Assembly: GCA_903901225.1 (NCBI GenBank)
Contig: CAIUQE010000049.1
Coordinates: 5,003-69,002, forward strand
Length of the DNA stretch: 64,000 bases
Direction: 5' to 3'
From: Candidatus Omnitrophota bacterium
GTDB taxonomy: Bacteria; Omnitrophota; Gorgyraeia; Zapsychrales; Fredricksoniimonadaceae
In this document: in pieces, positions 26,969-36,810 of the stretch
Layout of the letters: each line of letters starts with the position of its first letter
Position numbering within the stretch: the stretch's first letter is position 1
Program-made: the position numbers and the translations under genes
The notes under the pieces: model-generated
What the model saw: the letters and a program-made list of their open reading frames with translations, nothing else
The model's database searches: none
What the model was told of the DNA's origin: nothing

Positions 26969-29900
26969 ATGCTCAAAAAGACAGTTTCCTCTTTTTTGTT
27001 GTTTGTTTTCTGCCTGACCAGTGTGGCAGCCCCGGACGGCCGTGTGTTCGGCCAGACCGTGGCTGTCCTTCCGGCTCCTGGAATGTTGGTGACCCCAAGT
27101 CCGGCGTATATGCCGGTCATGGCGCGCGGGTTAAAAGTCCATCCGGAAAACCCCCTTTTGTTTGATTTTATTGTGGATGTCGGTGATCCCGGTTTCGTCG
27201 TTGAAGGATCTCAGTTCAAGGCTGAGTCCGAAAAACTCATCAAATATTTCCTCGCTTCGTTGACAGTTCCCGAAAAAGATCTTTGGGTGAATCTTAGCCC
27301 TTACGAAAAAGACAGGATCGTTCCGGAAGCTTTTGGCCGGACAGAAATGGGGCGGGATTTGCTCGCCCAGGACTACATTTTGAAACAGATAACAGCATCG
27401 CTCATTTACCCGGATGAGAAGACAGGCAAGGAGTTCTGGGATAAGGTCTACGCCCAGGCGTTGAAACGTTATGGCACTACGGATGTCCCGGTAGACACGT
27501 TCAATAAAGTGTGGATCGTCCCCGAGAAAGCCACGGTTTATGAGAACAATGATGCGGCTTATGTCGTTGAATCCGGATTAAAGGTTATGCTGGAGAGTGA
27601 TTACGTAGCCATGTCCCATCAGAAGGACATGGCGGAGTCCTCGGCACCCGCCGAGGATGTGACCATGTCCCATCAGAAGGACATGGCGGAGTCCTCGGCT
27701 CCCGCCATGCAAAATGAGGAAATGGTGCGTAGGGGCGGGTCTCAGACCCGCCCACTTGAGACGGCTACGCAAGAATTAGCCAAACCGGTTCTTCGTGAAA
27801 TCATCATTCCCATTCTCGAAAAAGAAGTGAACGAGGGCAAGAATTTCACAGCGTTACGCCAGGTCTACAGCTCGCTGATCCTCGCGACATGGTACAAGCG
27901 GAAGTTCAAGGCCGGAATTTTCGGCCAGGCCTACGTCGATCAACAGAAGACCGCTGGCGTAGACATTGCTGATAAGAACGAGAAAGAGAAGATCTGGGCG
28001 CAGTATGTTGAGGCGTTCCAAAAGGGTACCTATAACCTGATCAGAGAGGAAGTTGACCCAACAACGCAAGCGATAGTGCCAAGAAAGTATTTTTCAGGTG
28101 GCTGTGATCTGGCGATGGATGTGTTCAAGACGGCCTCGTCTGCTGTATTACCAGTGTTGGCTGATCGCGCGGCCATTGTTGAGGTGAAGGTCGATTACGC
28201 ACAGGAGGATCAGGAGGGATCTGACACGCCTCCCAGTTTGACCCGTATTGACGATATTAAGCGGCTTTTTACCGGGCTCAATGATCTGGACGACCGGCTG
28301 GGAGTTCCTCATTATAATTCCAGATGGCATCGTGAAGGAGGTTATGACGCCACACTCAAGGATCATTTACAGCGGATATTGAATGTGAAGAATGATATCC
28401 TCAGCCATAATTTTCCAGGGAGCGATCAGGATCAGGAGCTGATCTCCCTGGTGAGAGCGTATGCGTCCAGGGACAATGATGAACTGGATGCCATGATCTT
28501 GTTGCATGATCATGGGAAAAAAGAAGCGGCTTTCAGGAATAAGCATGGCGATATGGGGTTTAAGGGGCATGAAGAAAAAGCTTATCGTTCGCTCATTAAT
28601 AACAAGGTGATGTATAAAGGGAAAGCCTTGTCCCATAGGATCAAAATGGCTGTTAAATATCACGATATGCACTGGAAGATCAATTATGCCCATCCGGGAG
28701 AGTTTGAAAAAACAATCCACATGATGCGGAAGGATTTTAATGGGTCACTGGATGACTTTGAAGAAGCCTGCGAGTTTATAACAGCATTCTCTGTGATCGA
28801 TGTTCTGGGATCTTTATGGGAAGGCGATCGTCGGGGTGATCTGGGTAGCGTCAGAACATTCCATGAGCATTTTCTGGCCTGGAAAAAGGCGCGCAAGAAG
28901 TTTGACAGGGCGGAGGATCATTCCGTTGTTTTTGGAGGCGGGAAGTTAAATTTGGATCATCCGCTGGTCATATCAGGGCGGATCATTGGCATTGAGGATT
29001 ACGACAATGTCGGTGGATCAAATTTGGCGGATTATGCCAGGAAGAAAGATGTTAAACGTATTTATTTTGACCTGGACCTGACGGTCTTCCGGTCCATGGG
29101 GTATGTTTCTTCCAGCCAGTGGTTTGAGCACGCGTCTAAAGAGTTCGGACTGGAACAGACCTTATGGTGGTGGGGTAACAGGGGTCATGAGGCGCGCCAG
29201 ATCGATAACGATTTTTTCTTCAGGTTAATGGATCCCGGGATCCCGGCCATGATCGAAGGTTTGAAAGCACAGGGCATTGAATGCGTTGGATTGACCGCGC
29301 GCGATAATGACAAGGATGAACCGCGCACGCAGGAGATCCTTGCGAGATTTGGCGTTGAAATGAATGATGTGATCTTTGCGTCCGGCGCGGCGGCCAAGGC
29401 CCAGGCTGTGGATGATTATGAGAAAGGTCATGGCCGTTTGCGGGCCTTGTTTGTGGAAGACAGTTTCTTTAATTTGGAGAAATTTTTGCCTGTTCACGCG
29501 CATGTGGATGCTATTTTTTACCGGCCTGTGAATGCCAATCAGGAAGATGAATGGGATCATAAGGTCTATCTTGAAAAAGCCCGTGCGGACACGTCCAACG
29601 GGCATAAGTTTGAATATTATTTCAATGCCGTGGTCAAGATCCTGGAATTAAAGGGCATTACTCGTGAGATCGCCTATGAGCAGTTGCATCAGATCCATCA
29701 CGAGCTTCTGCGGTTGCCAGACCCCAAGCCGGCAGGGTATGACAAATTAATTCAGGTCCTGGAGATCAGTAAGAAAGGCCAGTCGTATTTGTTCCATGAT
29801 CCAGAGGCGCGGGAATTGCGGGAGAAGAGATCCAAAGACAGGGCGATGCTCAGGGATCCCGGCGGTATCGACCTTACCCCCGGCAAGATCGCCCTGAAGA

Positions 29901-30043
29901 CCAGAGATATTGGTGAGGCGATCAAGTTCAACAGTGATCCTGCCATGCTCCAGAGATTACAAAAGGCTTCTGGCGTGACTCCCGTCATTATTGGCATTCA
30001 TTCATTGGACAGCCTCCGGAAGTTCATGAATGTTGGCCCATGA
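26969..30043 (+). CDS. Secreted modular protein, paralog 5 (cargo: HD domain + HAD-family phosphatase)
   Basis: Conserved N-domain; LLHDHGK..GHE..VKYH; FDLDLT..LTAR..K..FVEDS; DRAM-LRDP-GGIDL cap. Confidence 0.85.
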   Translation: MLKKTVSSFLLFVFCLTSVAAPDGRVFGQTVAVLPAPGMLVTPSPAYMPVMARGLKVHPENPLLFDFIVDVGDPGFVVEGSQFKAESEKLIKYFLASLTVPEKDLWVNLSPYEKDRIVPEAFGRTEMGRDLLAQDYILKQITASLIYPDEKTGKEFWDKVYAQALKRYGTTDVPVDTFNKVWIVPEKATVYENNDAAYVVESGLKVMLESDYVAMSHQKDMAESSAPAEDVTMSHQKDMAESSAPAMQNEEMVRRGGSQTRPLETATQELAKPVLREIIIPILEKEVNEGKNFTALRQVYSSLILATWYKRKFKAGIFGQAYVDQQKTAGVDIADKNEKEKIWAQYVEAFQKGTYNLIREEVDPTTQAIVPRKYFSGGCDLAMDVFKTASSAVLPVLADRAAIVEVKVDYAQEDQEGSDTPPSLTRIDDIKRLFTGLNDLDDRLGVPHYNSRWHREGGYDATLKDHLQRILNVKNDILSHNFPGSDQDQELISLVRAYASRDNDELDAMILLHDHGKKEAAFRNKHGDMGFKGHEEKAYRSLINNKVMYKGKALSHRIKMAVKYHDMHWKINYAHPGEFEKTIHMMRKDFNGSLDDFEEACEFITAFSVIDVLGSLWEGDRRGDLGSVRTFHEHFLAWKKARKKFDRAEDHSVVFGGGKLNLDHPLVISGRIIGIEDYDNVGGSNLADYARKKDVKRIYFDLDLTVFRSMGYVSSSQWFEHASKEFGLEQTLWWWGNRGHEARQIDNDFFFRLMDPGIPAMIEGLKAQGIECVGLTARDNDKDEPRTQEILARFGVEMNDVIFASGAAAKAQAVDDYEKGHGRLRALFVEDSFFNLEKFLPVHAHVDAIFYRPVNANQEDEWDHKVYLEKARADTSNGHKFEYYFNAVVKILELKGITREIAYEQLHQIHHELLRLPDPKPAGYDKLIQVLEISKKGQSYLFHDPEARELREKRSKDRAMLRDPGGIDLTPGKIALKTRDIGEAIKFNSDPAMLQRLQKASGVTPVIIGIHSLDSLRKFMNVGP
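27609..27706 (+). repeat. 54-bp-period in-frame tandem duplication containing small hairpins
   Basis: CCATGTCCCATCAGAAGGACATGGCGGAGTCCTCGGC(A/T)CCCGCC at 27609 and 27663 (MSHQKDMAESSAPA x2). Confidence 0.9.
27729..27753 (+). repeat. GTAG REP-like palindrome inserted in frame in paralog 5
   Basis: GTAG-GGGCGGGTC-tca-GACCCGCCC, identical to 3942-3966 except two loop bases; read as RRGGSQTRP. Confidence 0.85.
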
Positions 30044-30132
30044 AGATCTGAGAAATTGTGTAACGTAAAAAAGAGAAGGTTGAAGGAACAGAAACATTTT
30101 GCAAAACAGGCCTAATGGGGTATGCTGAAAAA

Positions 30133-30642
30133 ATGGCAGCCATGAAAACAATATTAATTCTTGTTCTGGAGATCTTTTTATCCGGCGCCGTCCACGCCGC
30201 AGAGCCGATGATCCTGACAAGCCCCGATTTTCGCCCTGGCGATTATATTGACCGGAAATTCACGTGCCAGGGGGCAAACACGGCGCCGCGGCTTGAGTTC
30301 GTGAATATACCTGATGAGGCAAAAACCCTTGTGCTCATCGTGCATGACCCGGACGCGCCTTCGGGCGGCTGGACGCATTGGGTGGTGTTCAACATCGATC
30401 CTTCCAAGTTCGAGATCAACGCGTCCGAATTCCCGGGGACGGACGGCAAGAATGATTTTGGCGACAAAGGATGGGGCGGCCCCTGCCCTCCGTCGGGAAC
30501 GCACCATTATGTTTTTAACGGTTACGCGCTCGATATCCGCCTTGACCTGAAAGAGGGCGCCGCGCGATCCGCGATCGAGAAAGCCATGAGCGGCCATGTC
30601 CTGGCCAAAGCCGAGCTCATTGCTTTATATGAGAAATTCTAG
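30133..30642 (+). CDS. YbhB/YbcL (PEBP/Raf kinase inhibitor-like) protein
   Basis: DPDAP..WTHWVVFNI, GGPCPPSGTHHY; signal peptide. Confidence 0.92.
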   Translation: MAAMKTILILVLEIFLSGAVHAAEPMILTSPDFRPGDYIDRKFTCQGANTAPRLEFVNIPDEAKTLVLIVHDPDAPSGGWTHWVVFNIDPSKFEINASEFPGTDGKNDFGDKGWGGPCPPSGTHHYVFNGYALDIRLDLKEGAARSAIEKAMSGHVLAKAELIALYEKF

Positions 30643-30668
30643 CCTCAGCCGCGCGATTTGTACTATAA

Positions 30669-32192
<1,524 letters not shown>

Positions 32193-32256
32193 TGTTGCAA
32201 AGCCCCCGGCCTTCCAGTAGGTTGCTCTCCAAGGCTATTTAAGTTTTATGAGCGGG

Positions 32257-34038
32257 TCAGATCAAGGCGAGGCGCCTGGCGCAGGCGTTGAGTTCATTCA
32301 GCATTGAGGTCCGGGTGATCTCGGTCTCTTCGGTGATCTGGGGGATGAGCGTGCGGTAGTAAGCGATCCCGTCGGTAATGTTCTGGCGGAATTCTTCGAT
32401 GGCCGCGTCTTTTGTTTCAGCGGCGCGGGCTTTCTTGTCCGCGCATAAACGCGTGAATTGGTCCAGGTTCAACTTCAGTTCCTTCAGGAACATATGCGGC
32501 CTGTTGGGGAACGGCATGATGTTGATACGGCCATAGATATGGTCGATCATTTCTTTGAGGCTGGCGGCCCGGTTGAAATACGCGATGTTCGGCCCGGGGC
32601 ATACCGCGGGAAAAGTGCCGATCTTCTTGTCCTGGTGGATATTCTTGTAAAACCCGTCGCCAAGCTGGGCGCAGATGCAGGCTTTCGACGTGACCAGGCC
32701 GACCTGCCGTTCATATTCTTCCTTCGGTAGACCGAGCGCCTTGAGCGCTTCCAGCTTTAATTTCTGGTATGTCCTTGATGCCGTGCAGATCGGGTTTTTC
32801 GTGAACTCGGTATTGGTCGCCAGATGGCCAAGCAGGCAGGGGCTTCCCGGAGCGCCGTCATGGATGAGCTGGCACTTTCTGAGTTCACTTAATGAATTCC
32901 TCAAATTGTTGAACGCCACATTCAGAGGGGAAACGTCGCTCAGATAAATGTCGTTCTCGCCGGCGGCCGCAAGCTTGTCCAACGTCACTTTGTCTATCTG
33001 GATGGCTTCCGGGACCAGGAGGAAGGGCGAACCCCATCCGGTCGAAGCAACCCCGTAAAAACGTTTGAGGAACGTGTCTTCGTTGAACGTGCCAATCCCG
33101 CCCTGCGCGGTCAGGCGGAACGAAGGCGGTATGGCAGGGATGACTTTGCTCTTGAGTTTCAACGCTTCGAGATAGATCGAGGAGAGCTGGTCGGTCAGTT
33201 CCTGGCGTTTCTGTTTGAATTCCTCGAGCACGGGGCCCATCAGGTTGCCGGCGCCCGCGAAGGCGTGGCCGCCGCAATTGAGCCCGGATTCGACGCGGAA
33301 TTCCGATATCCACAAGCCTTTTTTCGCCAGGAATTTTCCCTGGGTGATCGCGGAGCGGTGATCGCTGACCTTGAGGATGATCTCTTTCCGGAAATTTCCC
33401 GCCGCGTCAGCGTAGAAATCGTTGAATTCCTCGATATACGTGTAAAGGCGGCGGTTGAATCCCGCGGAAAGTTCAATGGCGGCGTGCAAGGCGCTTTGGG
33501 CAAAACCACGCAACGCGGCAAGGGCGTCCGAGAATTGTTCGGGTAAAGGATTGCCTTCGCGGTCGACGTTCGGGCGGTCGAGCTTCGTCATGATATTGAC
33601 ATCAATGCGCCCGGGCACGATACGGGACCGGAGCTCATTCTCGAGTACAGTTCTTTCGGCGGCGTCTTTGGTGGCAAGCATTGTCCTGTAGGACGCTTTC
33701 AGCGGCGAATTCTCGGGAAGGAATTCAAAGTACCGGGTGATCTCGGTGCCGGCCGTGAACGCTGTTTTTTTGAGGTCTTCCATCTGTTTTTTGACGATGC
33801 GGTCAACTAGGTCGAGGTACGCGGTGATGCGGCGCGCGCGCCAGTCATCGTCAAATTTTTCAATGGGCGTGAAGGGTTCATTGTAACGGTTGGCGTAGAA
33901 CTTGCGGACATCCTCGATCAGGCTGTCATCGACAAGGGAGATCACCGACGAAATGCCGTAGCGCGCCACGCGGATCGGGGAGTCGATGGTAAAACAGGTC
34001 CCCATGACGGGAATATGGAATGTGTGGGCGCTGGACAT
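32257..34038 (-). CDS. Conserved hypothetical protein, putative FMN-dependent TIM-barrel (nitronate monooxygenase/FabK-like) with Cys motifs
   Basis: HTFHIPVMG, ESGLNCGGHAF, TAQGGIGT, GWGSPFLL, CIC..L, CPGPN; start taken at MSSAH. Confidence 0.6.
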   Translation of the reverse strand: MSSAHTFHIPVMGTCFTIDSPIRVARYGISSVISLVDDSLIEDVRKFYANRYNEPFTPIEKFDDDWRARRITAYLDLVDRIVKKQMEDLKKTAFTAGTEITRYFEFLPENSPLKASYRTMLATKDAAERTVLENELRSRIVPGRIDVNIMTKLDRPNVDREGNPLPEQFSDALAALRGFAQSALHAAIELSAGFNRRLYTYIEEFNDFYADAAGNFRKEIILKVSDHRSAITQGKFLAKKGLWISEFRVESGLNCGGHAFAGAGNLMGPVLEEFKQKRQELTDQLSSIYLEALKLKSKVIPAIPPSFRLTAQGGIGTFNEDTFLKRFYGVASTGWGSPFLLVPEAIQIDKVTLDKLAAAGENDIYLSDVSPLNVAFNNLRNSLSELRKCQLIHDGAPGSPCLLGHLATNTEFTKNPICTASRTYQKLKLEALKALGLPKEEYERQVGLVTSKACICAQLGDGFYKNIHQDKKIGTFPAVCPGPNIAYFNRAASLKEMIDHIYGRINIMPFPNRPHMFLKELKLNLDQFTRLCADKKARAAETKDAAIEEFRQNITDGIAYYRTLIPQITEETEITRTSMLNELNACARRLALI

Positions 34039-34108
34039 AAAACTAGGATAGAGGAAATGATATGAAAAGCAAGGCATTTCTGGGCGTTTCTGTTAAAATA
34101 TCCGCGCT

Positions 34109-35179
34109 ATGGAAATTTATCCACGGATAGAAAAAATGATCGAACGCGATGAGCCTTTAAGCCTGACGGACGCTTTGGCGCTCCTGGATGGCGGGAGCGT
34201 TGAATTGCTCCGGCTGCTTGATCTGGCCTACCGGTCGCGAAAAAAATATTTTTCCAACAAGGTGACACTGCATGTCCTGAACAATGTCCAGAACGGGCTT
34301 TGTCCCGAGGATTGCCGTTATTGCGCCCAATCATCCGCTTCGTCAGCGGCCATCGAAGCGTATCCCATGAAGCCTGATGAGGAGATACTGGCCGAAGCGG
34401 CCGCGGCGCATCAGAATGGCGCGGGCCGCTACTGCATGGTCTTTGCCGGGACCGGCCCTTCGGAAGACAGGGTCCGCCACCTGGCGGGGTTGATCCGGGA
34501 GATCAAGCGCCGTTACGCGATCGAAGTTTGTGTTTCCCCCGGTGTGATCAACGCGGCGCAGGCCCGCGCGCTCAAGGAAGCCGGGCTTGACCGTTTGAAC
34601 CACAATCTCAATACATCCGAGAGATATTACGGCCATATTTGCGGGTCCCACACGTACGCGGACCGCCTGGCGACGCTCGCGGCGGCCCAATCCGTCGGGC
34701 TGGATGTGTGTTCGGGCGTGATCATCGGCATGGGCGAGGGGCCGGAGGATGTTTATGCCATGGCAAAAAAAGTAAGGGATCTTAATGTGCGTTCTATCCC
34801 CGTTAATTTCTTTATCCCGATCCCGGGTGTCGCGTTGAAAGAAGCGCGGGGACTAACGCCGGAATATTGCCTGAGGGTCCTGTGCCTTTTCCGGCTCATG
34901 AATCCCCGCAGCGAGATACGGATGGCCGCGGGGCGGGAGATCCATTTACGCTCGTTGCAGCCGCTGGGGCTTTATCCGGCGAATTCGCTTTTTCTGCAGG
35001 GTTATCTCAATGCCCGGGGCTCTTCGGACGCGGCGACCCTGCGCATGATCAGGGACATGGGCTTTGCCATTGAATCAGAGGTCCCGCTGGATGGCTTGCT
35101 GGATAATAAGGATGATCTGCCCGGCGGGAACGGGTTAAAGGACCAGGAAGAATTAAGACCATTTCAGGGGAGGGGATAA
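34109..35179 (+). CDS. bioB: Biotin synthase
   Basis: CPEDCRYCAQS, RYCMV, LNHNLNT, CSGVIIGMGE, SIPVNF, IRMAAGRE, ANSLF. Confidence 0.95.
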   Translation: MEIYPRIEKMIERDEPLSLTDALALLDGGSVELLRLLDLAYRSRKKYFSNKVTLHVLNNVQNGLCPEDCRYCAQSSASSAAIEAYPMKPDEEILAEAAAAHQNGAGRYCMVFAGTGPSEDRVRHLAGLIREIKRRYAIEVCVSPGVINAAQARALKEAGLDRLNHNLNTSERYYGHICGSHTYADRLATLAAAQSVGLDVCSGVIIGMGEGPEDVYAMAKKVRDLNVRSIPVNFFIPIPGVALKEARGLTPEYCLRVLCLFRLMNPRSEIRMAAGREIHLRSLQPLGLYPANSLFLQGYLNARGSSDAATLRMIRDMGFAIESEVPLDGLLDNKDDLPGGNGLKDQEELRPFQGRG

Positions 35180-36118
35180 ATGGAAGAACTTATCATTATC
35201 GGTTCGGGCCCGTCGGGACATACGGCGGCCATTTACGCGGCGCGCGCTAATCTGAACCCTTTGATGTTAGAGGGCATGATGGCCGGAGGCATCGCGGCGG
35301 GCGGGCAGTTGACCACGACGACCGAGATCGAGAATTTTCCGGGATTTCCCGAAGGTGTCAGCGGCCCTGATCTCATGGACCGCATGCGGGCACAGTCCCT
35401 GAAGCACGGGACGCGTATCGAGACCCAGACGGTGGAACGGGTCGACCTTTCAAAGAGACCGTGGCGCGTCGTGACCGAAGAAGGCGCTTCCTTCGAGGCC
35501 AAAGCGCTGATCATCGCCACGGGCGCGACGGCCCGGCGGATGAATATTCCCGGTGAGGACAAATTTTGGCAGCGGGGCATTTCGGCCTGCGCTGTCTGTG
35601 ACGGCGCGTTGCCCATCTTTCGCAACAAGGTCGTTGTGGTGGTGGGCGGCGGCGACTCGGCGGTCGAGGAGGCTTGCCACCTGACCAAATTCGCGGCGAA
35701 GGTCATCCTCATGCACCGTCGGGGCGAATTGCGCGCGTCCAAGGCCATGCAAAAACGCGCTTTCAGTGACCCGAAGATCGAGATCATGTGGCATACTGTT
35801 CCTGCCGAGGCTACGGGTGAAAAATTCCTGTCGGGGCTGAAGGTCAGGGATGTCAGGACTGAAGCGGTGTCTGACCTTCCCTGCAGCGGGCTTTTTTACG
35901 CGATCGGGCATCAACCGAACACGGCGTTCCTGGGCGGGCAGCTTGAACTTGATGAACTCGGTTACATTAAAACGGTCCCGGGAACGACCCGGACAACGAT
36001 TGACGGTGTTTTTGCCTGCGGCGATGTTCAGGACAAGAAATATCGCCAGGCGATCACTTCGGCGGGATCAGGATGCATGGCGGCCCTGGAAGCGGAGAAA
36101 TTCCTGCATGAGCACTGA
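35180..36118 (+). CDS. trxB: Thioredoxin-disulfide reductase
   Basis: [48 protein letters not shown]. Confidence 0.97.
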   Translation: MEELIIIGSGPSGHTAAIYAARANLNPLMLEGMMAGGIAAGGQLTTTTEIENFPGFPEGVSGPDLMDRMRAQSLKHGTRIETQTVERVDLSKRPWRVVTEEGASFEAKALIIATGATARRMNIPGEDKFWQRGISACAVCDGALPIFRNKVVVVVGGGDSAVEEACHLTKFAAKVILMHRRGELRASKAMQKRAFSDPKIEIMWHTVPAEATGEKFLSGLKVRDVRTEAVSDLPCSGLFYAIGHQPNTAFLGGQLELDELGYIKTVPGTTRTTIDGVFACGDVQDKKYRQAITSAGSGCMAALEAEKFLHEH

Positions 36119-36788
36119 GATCTTCAATGCCATCGCCCCTCGATATGACGCGACGAATTACGCGCTTTCGCTGGGCATGGACATCGGTTGGCGCCGGCGG
36201 ATCACCGACCATCTTCCCGTCGGGGATAGCCTCGCGGCGCTTGATCTGGCCACGGGCACCGCTGATGTGGCGCTCGTTTTGGCCCGTCATCCGCGCGTGG
36301 GAAGGGTCGTTGGCATCGATGTGGCCACGGGGATGCTGGACCTGGCCCGCGCGAAGGTCCGCAAGGCAGGGTTTGAGCGCAAGATAGAACTTGCGGCGGG
36401 AGATGCGCTGGCCCTGGATTTTCCCGATGAAAGTTTTGACGTTCTTACGGTCGCTTTCGGGATACGTAATTTTTCTGATCTGATGCGTGGCCTGGCTGAA
36501 GCTTATCGTGTTTTGAAGCCCGGGGGGTGCTTTATCGTCCTGGAATTCTCGACCCCGCGGGGTTTTGTCCAGAGAGCCGTGCACGGTTTCTATTTGAAAC
36601 ACATGGTCCCGTTCATCGGCATGCTCCTGACGGGCAGGAAAGAGGCGTACGCGTACCTGTCCAGGACCGTGAAGGCGTTCCCGTACGGTGACCGTTTTTC
36701 CCGCATCATACGGCAGGCCGGTTTCGGCCATGTGGAACGCGTGGAACTGGCCATGGGCACGGCGACGATCTATGTGGCGAAGAAATGA
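36108..36788 (+). CDS. menG: Demethylmenaquinone methyltransferase (UbiE/MenG)
   Basis: [44 protein letters not shown]; ATG 36108. Confidence 0.9.
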   Translation: MSTEIFNAIAPRYDATNYALSLGMDIGWRRRITDHLPVGDSLAALDLATGTADVALVLARHPRVGRVVGIDVATGMLDLARAKVRKAGFERKIELAAGDALALDFPDESFDVLTVAFGIRNFSDLMRGLAEAYRVLKPGGCFIVLEFSTPRGFVQRAVHGFYLKHMVPFIGMLLTGRKEAYAYLSRTVKAFPYGDRFSRIIRQAGFGHVERVELAMGTATIYVAKK

Positions 36789-36810
36789 AATATCCTGAGA
36801 AGGGTTGTAC

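Noticed and set aside
27609-27753. Repeat-spacer-like pattern suggesting a mini CRISPR array
   Set aside because: Only two units with a 10-bp spacer, in frame within a CDS, and no cas genes
12751-30043. Interpreting the array as Rhs/CDI/T6SS toxin-immunity loci, a prophage or DGR targets
   Set aside because: No YD/FHA repeats, PAAR/VgrG, immunity ORFs, phage genes or reverse transcriptase; the variable part is internal rather than C-terminal
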